From Eledone cirrhosa (lineage: Eukaryota), in contig OZ024743.1 in NCBI GenBank assembly GCA_964016885.1, forward strand, positions 216,132,001 to 216,196,000: 64,000 nucleotides of DNA, given 5' to 3'. Numbering within the stretch: the first letter of the stretch is position 1; the number at the start of each line of letters is the position of its first letter. The notes beneath the pieces were generated by a model. It did no database searches. It had not been told where the DNA came from and saw only the letters and a list, made by a program, of their open reading frames with translations. This document shows, piece after piece, positions 37,201-49,304 of this stretch. A program made the translations under genes and the position numbers.

Positions 37201-38379
37201 CAAATTATTATCGTGTTCTGCAAATGTTTATAACAACTCAAATATTTTACAAATCCCTGGAAGTCTTGATAGAGGACGAATAACTTTCAATAGCATAAAC
37301 GATTACTACTGTTGATGAAATTTTGTGCGATTTGGAGAAACAATACGATCTCAAAGGATTATATGTAAGTTGTTTGCATCCCTTTACTCATAGGAAGTCA
37401 AGATAGATTCTAACTAAGACGTAACGAGCCGGACAAAAAACACAGATGATGAAATTAACAGATGATGTTCTTGTATGTGACAACAAAGATAATGAGCTTA
37501 ATGAACAGTTTACTAATAAATCGAATTCCCGATATCGTAATTTCGTTGCTTTACGTGTTGAAAGCAAACGATATTCAGCAATATAAACATCTAGCATCCT
37601 ATGAGACCACATTATACAGAAGCATTATTGGTGAGGCAAACAAATGATAATGGTTTTCGTCACAACCTTGTTTCCTCTTCAACGCTTTACATATAAAAAC
37701 AATTTATGCAATATATATAATGAATGTGATCTATCTAAAAAAACAAATCAATAGAAATCATTCAAAGAAAGGAAAGGTAGCAATGCAGATGACTATAAAT
37801 GGGAGGAAAACGTGGGGAAGGACAAGAATTATAAGATAGGGAAAGTATCGGTGAAGGGAAAGAATGATAGATGGTACACCTACGTCAGCGTGGTGTTTAT
37901 GCTGAGCACTGCTGACAAAAGGCAAAAAGTATTTCCTCGTAGAATGGGCAGTGACATACGCTACAACAGCCACCGAAAGGCTTGAGATCTTTCCCCAAAC
38001 GAGCTGGTGTCATGCTGATTTGTCGGTAGTGCTCAGCTGTATGGGGAAGTGGCCGGAAAAGCCACGGTATTTGATTATCTTCCTGTCTTCTGAATTGCAG
38101 ACATGGTACGGGGTTTCTGGCTCAAGCGACTATGTTGGAGGCGGACAAGGTGTCGCGTAATTACTACTGAATTTATAATTAACTATATAAATGAACATTT
38201 CTATGAAATGTGAATAGTTTGCAGTTGGGTTATTATATATCACCTACAATGTGCAGGGTGCATATATGTATAAAAAGTAAAGATTATCATCGATTATTTC
38301 GGATACCTGCATGCTGCAAGTATCACCTGTGTCGATAAGCATGTGGTGCTGTGTTATATATATATATATATATATATAT

Positions 38380-38610
38380 TTATTAAAATAACAGATTAAA
38401 GTTTAAGCAAAGAATCGCTGTTTTCACCCTTAACGGGATCTTCTGAAACTAACAAAGTCAATCAAAGGGTGAAAGCAGCGATTCTTTGCTTAAATTTTTA
38501 TCTGTTATTTTAATAAATATTTGCTCTACGGTTCTTATATATTTGATATATATTTTCCTTATCGAGCCCTCTTCGGATTTTAGTCTTCAATGTTATTATT
38601 ATTACTATAT
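38380..38610 (+). mobile_element. PLE tail of the 44449-46930 family with 5' inversion
   Basis: 38464-38610 matches 46785-46930; 38380-38463 is an inverted overlapping piece. Confidence 0.85.
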
Positions 38611-38755
38611 ATATATATACATACATGCATATATTTACAAACAGTATAAGTAGCTGCATTTTCGGCTTTTGAAGTGCTGACAACATATGTATGTATATAT
38701 TGGTTTAAAGAGAGAACTCAAGTGCAGAAATAGTGTGAGGACCCATAAAATAGGG

Positions 38756-39171
38756 TAAAACAAGTTGCCGCTATGAGGAATTGAACACCATATCTTCCAG
38801 AAACATTTCTGAATGTGTATCCCTTCCATTTATTTGAACTAGATAACTGGACAACAACATTCAGATGTCAGCAGGCAGAGAGAGTGACAAACAGACATCC
38901 GTATGTTAACAAACAACGTACGAACCCGAACAATCGTTTTCTGAAGCGTTCAGAATATATGTAAATATATAAGTAAAAAAAAAATTGTTTAAACACACAA
39001 AAGCATTCTGACATCTGAAAGCTCTTGTCAGCTATCTAGTTACCGTTAGAGGAAGTGACTCCATAGCTTGTGACTCGTCATGGCTCTATAGCTTAATTGT
39101 TAAATCGTATAGCCGATATCGGGAAGATATGTGGTTCAATTCCTCATAGCAGCCGATTGCAACTTATTTTA
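38756..39171. mobile_element. Fold-back element whose arm includes a tRNA-like sequence
   Basis: Inverted blocks 38756-38798/39122-39171 and 38837-38870/39008-39040. Confidence 0.65.
39082..39154 (+). pseudogene. tRNA-like pseudogene / SINE head
   Basis: 73 nt, GGCT..AGCC ends, TAGCTTAATTG A-box-like, GGTTCAATTCC B box; anticodon stem does not pair. Confidence 0.6.
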
Positions 39172-39229
39172 TACATACGTAAAGAAGTCAGTTAGTGTTG
39201 CAATAAATCTATTCACCATCGATTACTGA

Positions 39230-39856
39230 GCTTTCCTCTATAGATAATACAAAGGAACCAACACAGTGGAATATATAAACAAATAATCACAAAAGTACAC
39301 ACTCACATGCATAGATTCAATAGTAAAATGTCGCTTACAGACACATGCCTGTAGACAAGATCACCCACACTCATCGTACACACATAATAGAAACAATCGT
39401 ACACACATAATAGAAACAACAGAAAACTCCCTTCCCCCTACACACGCACGCAAATGCGCAAACACTCTCAGAAATCACATACACACACAAACCGACAATA
39501 TAAGACACCCTCGTGTTTACACACACACGGACTAAAGTAACGCCCATCTAACAATTTCTTCCCTTTGGCACACTCCCAACTACACACATGACACCCTGCA
39601 CCCTGCATTTCGGCCACCAACCCCGACTTCGTACCTTTCATCTACCACCTCCAACCTATCGCTATACTCCCAACACCCTTTTCCTAAATTTCAGACACTA
39701 CTTTCATACATTTACCTGTCTCCTCTTATCCGAACTTTCCCGATGAAGGACTACAGTTCGAAACGTCAAAACTACCCCTCATAATCTCCAAGCTTGATCC
39801 ATATATATATGTGTATCGTTACGTACCTGTGTTTTTTTTTTGTTTCCTTTATTAAA
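39230..39856 (+). mobile_element. PLE-type 3' end with hammerhead variant at 39735-39770
   Basis: CCGATGA-A-GGA ctacag TTC-GAAA-CG-TC followed by ATTAAA and a microsatellite; 5' boundary uncertain. Confidence 0.55.
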
Positions 39857-39863
39857 CACACAG

Positions 39864-39940
<77 letters not shown>

Positions 39941-39945
<5 letters not shown>

Positions 39946-40723
39946 TATTTTCCGTAGTGTTGTAATATAAATATTACACACAGTAGATGGACAGCTCACG
40001 TAGAGTTTGCTCGACGGTTCCAGTTGTAGTTCCAAAAGTAATCCGGAGAAAAATAGAAGGATTTTAATGGATACAGTTAAAAGGAATTTGTTGACACGTG
40101 TTTCTATAACAGTTACATAACCTGAAAACAGCTGCTATCTACAAAGTATTAGTTATGCAGACATTCAATATTTCAATGTTATTATCAACTGTCATTTCAT
40201 CGGAATAATTTTACTGTGGACCTGTTTGGTTTTTATAGAGAATATTAGGAGGGAGGGGTGAAGTTGTTAGAAGAATAGTTGAGGGAGTGGTTTTTTGATA
40301 GCAGTGAGAATTTTTGGTGGCAGTGAGTAATTAGATTCCCATCTGTTGTTTTGACATTTTTATAGAATATATTATTGGTTATTTTTCTAAATCTATAGAA
40401 GGATTAGAGATAGTATAGATATGCGTGGTTGGTTTTGTGTTTGCACTTAATTAACATTCAGACTTAAATTTTTCTTTCAAGTGTACGTATCTTTTCGCCC
40501 ACGCATTCACACACAAACATATATGCACACCTCTACAAAATACATATACTCACATACACATACTTACATGCTCATACTTACATACATATACACATGCATA
40601 CATATATATATACACATATATACATGTACATACATACGCGTTCATGTGTATACATTTTCATACTCAACTTATCTTTATATACACACGTATAGACACACAC
40701 ATATATACACACATACTCCAGTC

Positions 40724-40764
<41 letters not shown>

Positions 40765-40924
40765 CGAAGGAAGTGTGGTAAGGAACGAGGTGGACCATAA
40801 CGCACCAAAGTACTCAATACTTGAGGTAGTAGAGTGGGTAATAGGAACCAGTAAGACCCCGACAGCTGAGCTCAAGCCGTTTCGACGGAACGGCTTGAGC
40901 TCAGCTGTCGGGGTCTTACTGGTT

Positions 40925-41009
<85 letters not shown>

Positions 41010-44000
41010 ACTTTAATACATGAATGCCCTTACATCTAACTATACACATCAAACATATATATATATTTACTTATTTATATACATTTTTCCCATATATATA
41101 CATACTTATGGTCGCTTTTAGACACATTCATTATAGCATATTTGCACCTATTCTCATCAGCATATCTTTCCATTATTAGTGTGGTAATTTAAGGTTATTA
41201 ATATACATATATATGTTGAGAAGAGATTATTTTTTTTTTTTTTTATAACTAGATTGAGGTTTATATAGTTGGGGGAATGTCCCTCTTTTATGTAATATTC
41301 AGCTTGTAGTGGGAAAAAAGGGTTTTAGTTCGGTGACGGCAGAATAATGTTCGTTCAATTCTGTTATTCAGCAATTTCCTCTTGTGTGTGATTATGTAAT
41401 AGATCTCAAGATTACACAATTTGCAGAAATGTTGGCTCCTGGAAAAGCTTTGGGTTTTAGCTAATTTCTCCCAATTTAGGGTAAACTTTTGATCGCTATC
41501 CCTGAGCGTCCAAGCTTTTTCTGCTAATTTGTTACATTTATTTGGCTCTGGTGTTTTATTGAGTAAGAATGCCTATATAATCGAGATTTAAACCATGTTG
41601 CCGTTGATCCCACGTAATACCACTCGTTGCCTCCGGATTTAATGGTACACTTATAAATAATATTTTTTTCCAGGCAGTTATTGCCGAGGGGGCAGTTGTC
41701 AGGATAGGTGCAGTTACAGTTGTGTACGTTGGGTTTTCTCTAGAGTAGTATTGCGGACGAACTTAGGTGTGGTTTATTTATGTTCTGTAGTGTATTGTCT
41801 ACTGTTTTTTTTGTGTTCTTTGTACTTAAGTTTTTAGTGTTTTCGTTTAACCTTCTAGTATTGATCTTTTTTATGTGTTGTTCAAGGTTTAACGCTGTAG
41901 AGTATGACAGTCTTATAGTGGTAGGGTTTAGGATTTTGTGGTATTTGTGTGATGTAGGAAAATGTCTCTTAATTATTTTAAAGAAGAGTACTTGTAAATT
42001 TGTACTAATGGAACTATTGTATTCAGGGTTATACCATAAGTACTCTTTGCATCGCTTTCTATTAGTTTTGTTTGTTGGTTTACTGGTGTGTATACTATGG
42101 TAGTAAGTGTGGTTTGGTGTTGTGTTATTATATCTACCTATGTGGGATTTATTTTGGGTGTTTTGATTGTTCTCATCTATATACTCTATTTTGTTGAGGT
42201 AGCCTGCTTTACTAAGGGCGTTATCCTTGTACTCGGCGTGTTCCTTAAATACTTGTATGTTAGAAGATAGACCCGAGATTCTAAGTGAAATATTTTTAGG
42301 GATAGATTTAATTATAGAGATGGGTGGTTAGACCCAACATTTACGTACTTGAGATTTTCATTCAACTTATGAAACGGTTTAATCAGACCAGAGTTTAATA
42401 TTGAGTGTGATATCCAGGAAGTTAAGTACTTTAAGGTTGTATTCATATGTTATAGTTAGTCCTATTTCGAGTAGTAGTTTTCTTATATCTTTGCGTAGTT
42501 TTTCTAGTTTTTGGTTATGTAGGTTTTTAACTAGGAGGAGAACATCGTCGCGGGATATTCCGCCGTGGAGATTGCTGAATAATTTTTCCTGGAGTCTAAA
42601 GGCGATAAATAACCCCACATCAGTTATTTCCGCCGAATCGTTAGAGCCCATTGTTATGTCAAAGTTAGGGGATCTATCTTTACGTACCCAATAACTGTTC
42701 TCAAATTTGACTATAGTTTTCCTAGCTTCTAATATAATCTTAATTTCATCGTTTGTAAGGTCAGAGTTATCCTTAGCAAACTTAATGGCTCTATTCAAAG
42801 TTTCAGGTGATATCGATGAGTAATATTCGTCGATATCAAACTGGATAAACTTAGATTTATTCTTATTGCTAATGCTATTAAACCATCCTATTACTTCTTG
42901 GGTCTTCCACCAGAGTTTAATGTTAACCTTAGCCTTAATTTGGGGGATGATTCTATCTAAGATATATTTGCTTATTTTACCTATATCTGATTTAGAGGGG
43001 CAGATTAATCTAATTTTAGGGTCATTATCAAAGTTTACCTTATGGTCCTTAAGATTGAAGGTGGGTACCGCCGAGATTTTTCACTATTTCGCATGCCTCA
43101 TCATTGATGTGCTTAAGAGTTACTTCATTCATTTTTCTATATTTTTTATGTAATTCTTTTCGAATGAAGTTGTTGTATGTAGTGCAGTCCATAGTATACA
43201 GGTTTGATGTTTTGTCCGCTTTTACTACAATTCCTTTGGTGTTTTTAAGGTCGTCCAGTAGTTTTTTATATCTTTCTTTCTGTAAATTGTTGTTGGTGTT
43301 ACGTCCTTTGAATTTAATTTTAAGGATTAAGTCCATAAGGTCCTGCTCAAATGCATCTAATAGTGGGTTGGTGGGTGGGTTTTTACACGTTCTAAATCAA
43401 AATTTGTTGTTTACACCACTTTCCGATGGTGAGTTCATACGGCTTCTATCATAGTGGAGCCTTTTCCACCTGACACGTCGAATGAATTCATTAGTTTTTT
43501 GAATCATACTCAATAAGTATTCCTTTTTACCTTGGGTTGGTATGTTTTTGAGTGACATATCCAGGTAGTGTTTTTCCATTGTTGTGGTTGCGTTTGCTGT
43601 GTGGGTTGCTCGACTTTACAGGAGGTAAATATACAGTATTTTCCGTAGTGTTGTAATATAAATATTACACACAGTAGATGGACAGCTCACGTAGAGTTTG
43701 CTCGACGGTTCCAGTTGTAGTTCCAAAAGTAATCCGGAGAAAAATAGAAGAATTTTAATGGATACAGTTTAGTTAAAAGGAATTTATTGACACGTGTTTC
43801 TATAACAGTTACATAACCTGAAAACAGCTGCTATCTACAAAGTATTAGTTATGCAGACATTCAATATTTCAATGTTATTATCAACTGTCATTTCATCGGA
43901 ATAATTTTACTGAGGACCTGTTTGGTTTTTATAGAGAATATTAGGAGGGAGGGGTGAAGTTGTTAGAAGAATAGTTGAGGGAGTGGTTTTTGATAGCAGT

Positions 44001-44260
44001 GAGAATTGTTGGTGGCAGTGAGTAATTAGATACCCATCTGTTGTTTTGACATTTTTATAGAATATATTATTGGTTATTTTTCTAAATCTATAGAAGGATT
44101 AGAGATAGTATAGATATGCATGGTTGGTTTTGTGTTTGCACATAATTAACATTCAGACTTAAATTTTTCTTTCAAGTGTACGTATCCTTTCATTCACACA
44201 CAAACATATATGCACACCTCTACAAAATACATATACTCACATACACATACTTACATGCTA
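39941..44260 (-). mobile_element. Decayed sister copy of the 6992-12080 PLE (ORF 41288-43579 frameshifted, YRDD changed to SRDD)
   Basis: High identity to 8538-12080; partial 5' pLTR at 43631-44260. Confidence 0.95.
40841..40929. repeat. Perfect 41-bp-arm hairpin made from PLE tail sequence
   Basis: ATAGGAACCAGTAAGACCCCGACAGCTGAGCTCAAGCCGTT, 7-nt loop, exact reverse complement; homologous to 32538-32586. Confidence 0.95.
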
Positions 44261-46924
44261 ATACAACCCATTCAATAAATTGAGGGTAACGTTGAGGTAA
44301 TTAACGACCGAGAGATTGGCCTCAACCTGTATAGAGAGGTTGAAGCCTTTAAAGAAGGCTGTGAGTTCTTTTCTGAACCTGTCGCAAGCACGAGGTCCGC
44401 ACTTAGTCATGGTCAAAAGATCATCGTCACGGTACAAATTGGTTCACGGTGATTGATTGGTTCAACGGCATACGTGACAAGGAACATTGCCGTTTTATCC
44501 AATTCGACATCAACAATTACTACTCCTCCATCACTTTACCACTTCTCCTTAGAGCTATCAATTTCGCTAAAACACTCACAGTGGTTAAGGATTTCGAAGT
44601 TGATGTCATCCTTAATGCCCGAAAGTCGGTGATTAATTTCGACGACTCTATTTGGATAAAAAAATCCAATAGTACTCCATTCAACGTGAGTATGGGTGCC
44701 AGTGACTCTGCGGAGGTTACTGATCTTATTGGCCTTTTCCTCCTTTTCTCTACCAAGGACGAATTCCCCAACGCGGGTCTTTTGACCATGACTAAGTGCG
44801 GACCTCGTGCTTGCGACAGGTTCAGAAAAGAACTCACAGCCTTCTTTAAAGGCTTCAACCTCTCTATACAGGTTGAGGCCAATCTCTCGGTCGTTAATTA
44901 CCTCGACGTTACCCTCAATTTATTGAATGGGTTGTATTACCCGTATAGAAAGCCGAATGGTACGCTTAATTACATAAGTAAGCATACCAACCATCCTGTC
45001 AGCATAACCAAGAACCTGGTAAGAAACGTTTCGTTGAGGCTTTCCCGTCTTTCCACCAACGAGCGCATTTTTAACGACCATTCCACTTATTACAATGAAG
45101 CTCTTGCTCGAAGTGGATTTGTCGATAGGGTAGCATATACAGAGTACGAAAATAGACCTAGAAGAAATAGATCCCGTCGCATTTGTTGGTTTAACCCACC
45201 ATATAATATGGAGGTGGTCACACCATTAGCTAAGATCTTTCTTTCCCTTATTACGAAGCTTTTTTTCCCCCTACACATAAATATATTAAAATCTTTAATA
45301 GAAATACTATTAAAATTTCTTACTCTACGACTCCTAACCTTGCACATAACATCACAGCTTCAAATTTAGATAAACTACCTAGCCGTAGGAACACGTGCAA
45401 CCCTGTAGTTAGTACTAACTGTAATTGTAGGAATCGGGCTGATTGCCCCCTATCCGGGAAATGCCTCTCTAGTAACGTTGTCTACAAATGTAAGGTTGTA
45501 ACACCCACGTCCCGTAGGGCCTACATAGGGTTAACCGCCAATAGTTTCTAGCAGCGTCTTTACATGCATACCCATTCTTTTCGTTACCCTCTAAGAAGGA
45601 ATATGACGTCACTTTCAGCTTATATCTGGAGTCTAAAAGACAACCACACCCAATATGAGTTACACTGGGAGATCCTAGCTAGGGCTAGATCGTATAACGG
45701 AAATAAAGGACCATGTGACCTCTGCGCCACTGAGGCCCTGGAAATACTCTACGCCACAGACCACATATTAAACAAAAAATTTTAGGCAATTTCGGCTTGT
45801 AAACGTAAATTGCACAAAACTTTCCTGTATTACAGCCCCACGTTATACCCTAACGGATAGTTCGATCTATACGTGGATATTTTACGTCTTGATGTGGGAG
45901 CTAAGTATATGTTTTGTTTATTCCTTTACTTATCTGCATAGGTAAGTATATATTATCCATATATTTTGTGAAGGTATGTATACCTTCTCGTACGTATATT
46001 TGATTGTTATTGCGTATAATTATTATATTCTGGTATTTAGGGTTTGGCTATGTGTATACGGGAGTTTTGCGTCTGCGTGAGTATGCAGGCTCGTACGTAT
46101 GGTGGGTGTGTGTATATGTGTACTTCTTGTTTTAGTTGACTTACGTCTCCGAACATTCGTGTATTTATATGTAGGTATGTGTGTGCGTTTGTTATATACG
46201 TATTTATTTACTTATATACGTTTATATAATTATTTATTTGTACACAAGCATACACACACACACACATATTTATATGTGCGCGGTTTTGTATACCTATGGT
46301 AAGGTTTTGCGTATGCTTGTGTATGTACGTATTTATTTGCGTGTATGTATTTATTTATTTCTATTACTTCTGTATTGTATTTATTTACTTTGTTCTTAAC
46401 TCTGTAGCAGAGATTCATTTGGTCTCCTAGTTAGAATTTTAGTCTACCACTTCTGCTATACCATTTACGTGGTTTTGTCTCCACGGTCCACATATGACTT
46501 ATTATCTTCGTTTTTTCGTACATTGCCAGAGAACGTCTCTATGCACCACCTAAGAGAAGATTAGTCTACGACCTCTTGTATACCATAAACGTGGTTTTGT
46601 CTTTGCGCGTAATTGTTTTTCACCGCTCCTATTAATGACGTATTGTTCGTTTTTTCCCGTTCTTTGCCAGCGAACGTTTCCACGAACCAAAGTATCGTCT
46701 TCCTGTCTTCCTCCGGTTGCAACGTTTTTTGAAATATCCAGTTCTGCGTTTACAGATTGACATTGTTAGTTTCAGAAGATCCCGTTAAGTGTGAAAGCAG
46801 CGATTCTTTGCTTAAACTTTAATATGTTATTTAATAAATATTTGCTCTACGGTTCTTATATATTTGATATATATTTATCCTTATCGAGGCCTCTTTGGAT
46901 TTTAGTCTTCAATTTTATTATTAT

Positions 46925-46930
<6 letters not shown>
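44260..46930 (+). mobile_element. 5'-truncated Nematis-like PLE with 5' inverted duplication (44260-44439)
   Basis: QFDINNYY, VSMGASDSAE, NYLD, WFNPPY, CNC..CPL.G.CL, VVYKC..YIG, CDLC..E; ends in (TA)n. Confidence 0.92.
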
Positions 46931-46986
<56 letters not shown>

Positions 46987-47030
46987 GTTTACATATATAC
47001 ATATATATATATATATATATACATGTTTAC

Positions 47031-47122
<92 letters not shown>

Positions 47123-48429
47123 GTTTACATATATACATATATATTAATTTAAATGTGTGTACGTATCCTTAGTGCCAAAAATCATGCTTCAAGTAGCTGC
47201 GATCTTGTAAAGTAGAGTAGAAACACCATATAATCGGTTTTACTCAAACACATTAATCGCAATTAGCAATTTCATGGATTTTATTCCTCCCTGTATCCTT
47301 GCTGATGTGTTCATTATTTACGTTTACAATTTACGCCGTTCATAGTTCAATAGCTTTAGGCAAATTCCATCAATAATTTCTGCTCGATTATATTTTCTAA
47401 TTTACTTTGCGTAATACCTTTATAATTACTAATTTATTTTCATCTTTTTGGAATGTTAGCTTAATTTCAAAGTGCTGTAATGAACATCTACTTACCAATC
47501 GCTTTGAGTCATTTTACTTCACTTGCTTTTCAGCAATCCGACCTATAACCAAATATATCCACAGTTTAGAAATTATTATTACGAATTTCGTTATACGAAA
47601 TATGGCAACGAGAAAAAAATTATTTAATTATTTGCGTAATCCCACTTTGGCTTGAAATTATGTCAGATAGTATCTTACACATATTTAAAACCACGATTAT
47701 ATGACGCTGCTGAATTCATATCCATCTCTTTGTATACAGCGTATTCTCTGTGACTTTTTCTTTTGTTACGAATGGTAAACTAACTTTCCAAAGTATTTAT
47801 ACAAATCGAGTTGAATGGCAATTTTTAAATAAAATTATTTTCCTTGGGGAATATTTTTATTGAACATCAGAAATATTGCCTTGCGAAATATAAAATGTAA
47901 ACCAAATGAAATTTAGCATTAAGTAAATGTATTTAACATTTAGTACATCTAGATTCTAAGACAGTGATTAATGTTGGTTGGCACCAACATTATATTTCCG
48001 GTAGATCGAAGTAAAAAATGTTAGATGCTCTCTCGGATTCATTTGTTCTTAGTCCAGAAAACCAAATTTATGGTATCGGCAGAAATTTTCCTTAATGTCT
48101 CTTATACTTAACCAAATTAAAGAAATTCGTTCTCTGCCAAATGACTGTTAGCTATGACTATTTATCAATTAATATTAGAATGGTAAAGTATGATCGCTAT
48201 ATTGATAAACTTTCCTTTTAATGTTGCCTGAATTGAGACACATGTGTAACTATATTACTACGAAAGTCTTGCTTTGCAAATTAATTAATATTAACTTATA
48301 GAGAGTTTCGTTTCTTGTGTTACAACTTTTTGCCATCATATTCACAGACAATGAAGTGTTCGGTTGCTTCAAGTAAAGTTAAAATTTATAGTTTTTGTTT
48401 CAGGATAACCCATTGTAAAGGAAGCATTA

Positions 48430-48477
48430 ATGACTCAAGATATCCGTAAACGTCTGTTTACGGATATCTTGAGTCAT
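48430..48477. repeat. Perfect 22-bp-arm hairpin
   Basis: ATGACTCAAGATATCCGTAAAC-gtct-GTTTACGGATATCTTGAGTCAT. Confidence 0.95.
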
Positions 48478-48992
48478 ATTGAATGTGTAATTCCATATGT
48501 AACCAGCATTGAAATTTTGTGGATGATTTGGCAGCAAATTCTAGCAGATTGAACAGCTATAAAGAGTGTGTTTTTCGCTTATTGAAAATAAATTGTAGAT
48601 TAGTGGTAAGTTTCCGTCCAACGAAGACTATATTTTGAGTAGGTTTTAATGTTTAACCATACTGTGGAAACACATTGTCAAATTTCAAAATGCAGTGATT
48701 TAGATGGTTGGACAAAAAATAGGTGTTAGATGTAGAGTCATCGCGGTGATGTCGATAATGAATATAAACAGGGAAATATCTCGTACAGGATTATTCTTAC
48801 TAAATCATCACATGTACATAGATATATACCAGATCATCAAATGTACTCTGTATTCAGAAGTTACTTTTAAAGTTATGATCAATTTCCTGCACCTGAACAA
48901 GGCCATATATATACATATACATAATTCAGGGATTGTAATGTCAAGTTATTATAGGTACATCAGTAGGTATATTGGCGTTGTACTAAGCAGAG

Positions 48993-49062
<70 letters not shown>

Positions 49063-49304
49063 TTTTCTTTATTAACCACAAGGGTTCACATAAAGTAGAC
49101 ATTAAGGACAGTACAGGACAATACAGGACGGTACAAATGGGCATTTCTGCGTGTAAAAAAACAGAGGTTGAAATAAAATAACAAAGAAAAATTCCCCAAT
49201 AGGGGGGAGACTTCCAAGGGACATTTGTGGAGAAAGCCCATTAAAAGACCACAGTGGACCTGACCACCAGGGCAAGTGCCCTCTCCCAGTTTTCCACCTT
49301 TAAT

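Noticed and set aside
38288-38337. Hammerhead-like CAGGTGA..GAAA motif on the minus strand
   Set aside because: Two core changes and no stem III; only the hairpin itself is solid.
47200-48400. Possible decayed DNA transposase (also 18840-19400 and 37270-37650)
   Set aside because: No diagnostic motifs or terminal repeats could be read with confidence.
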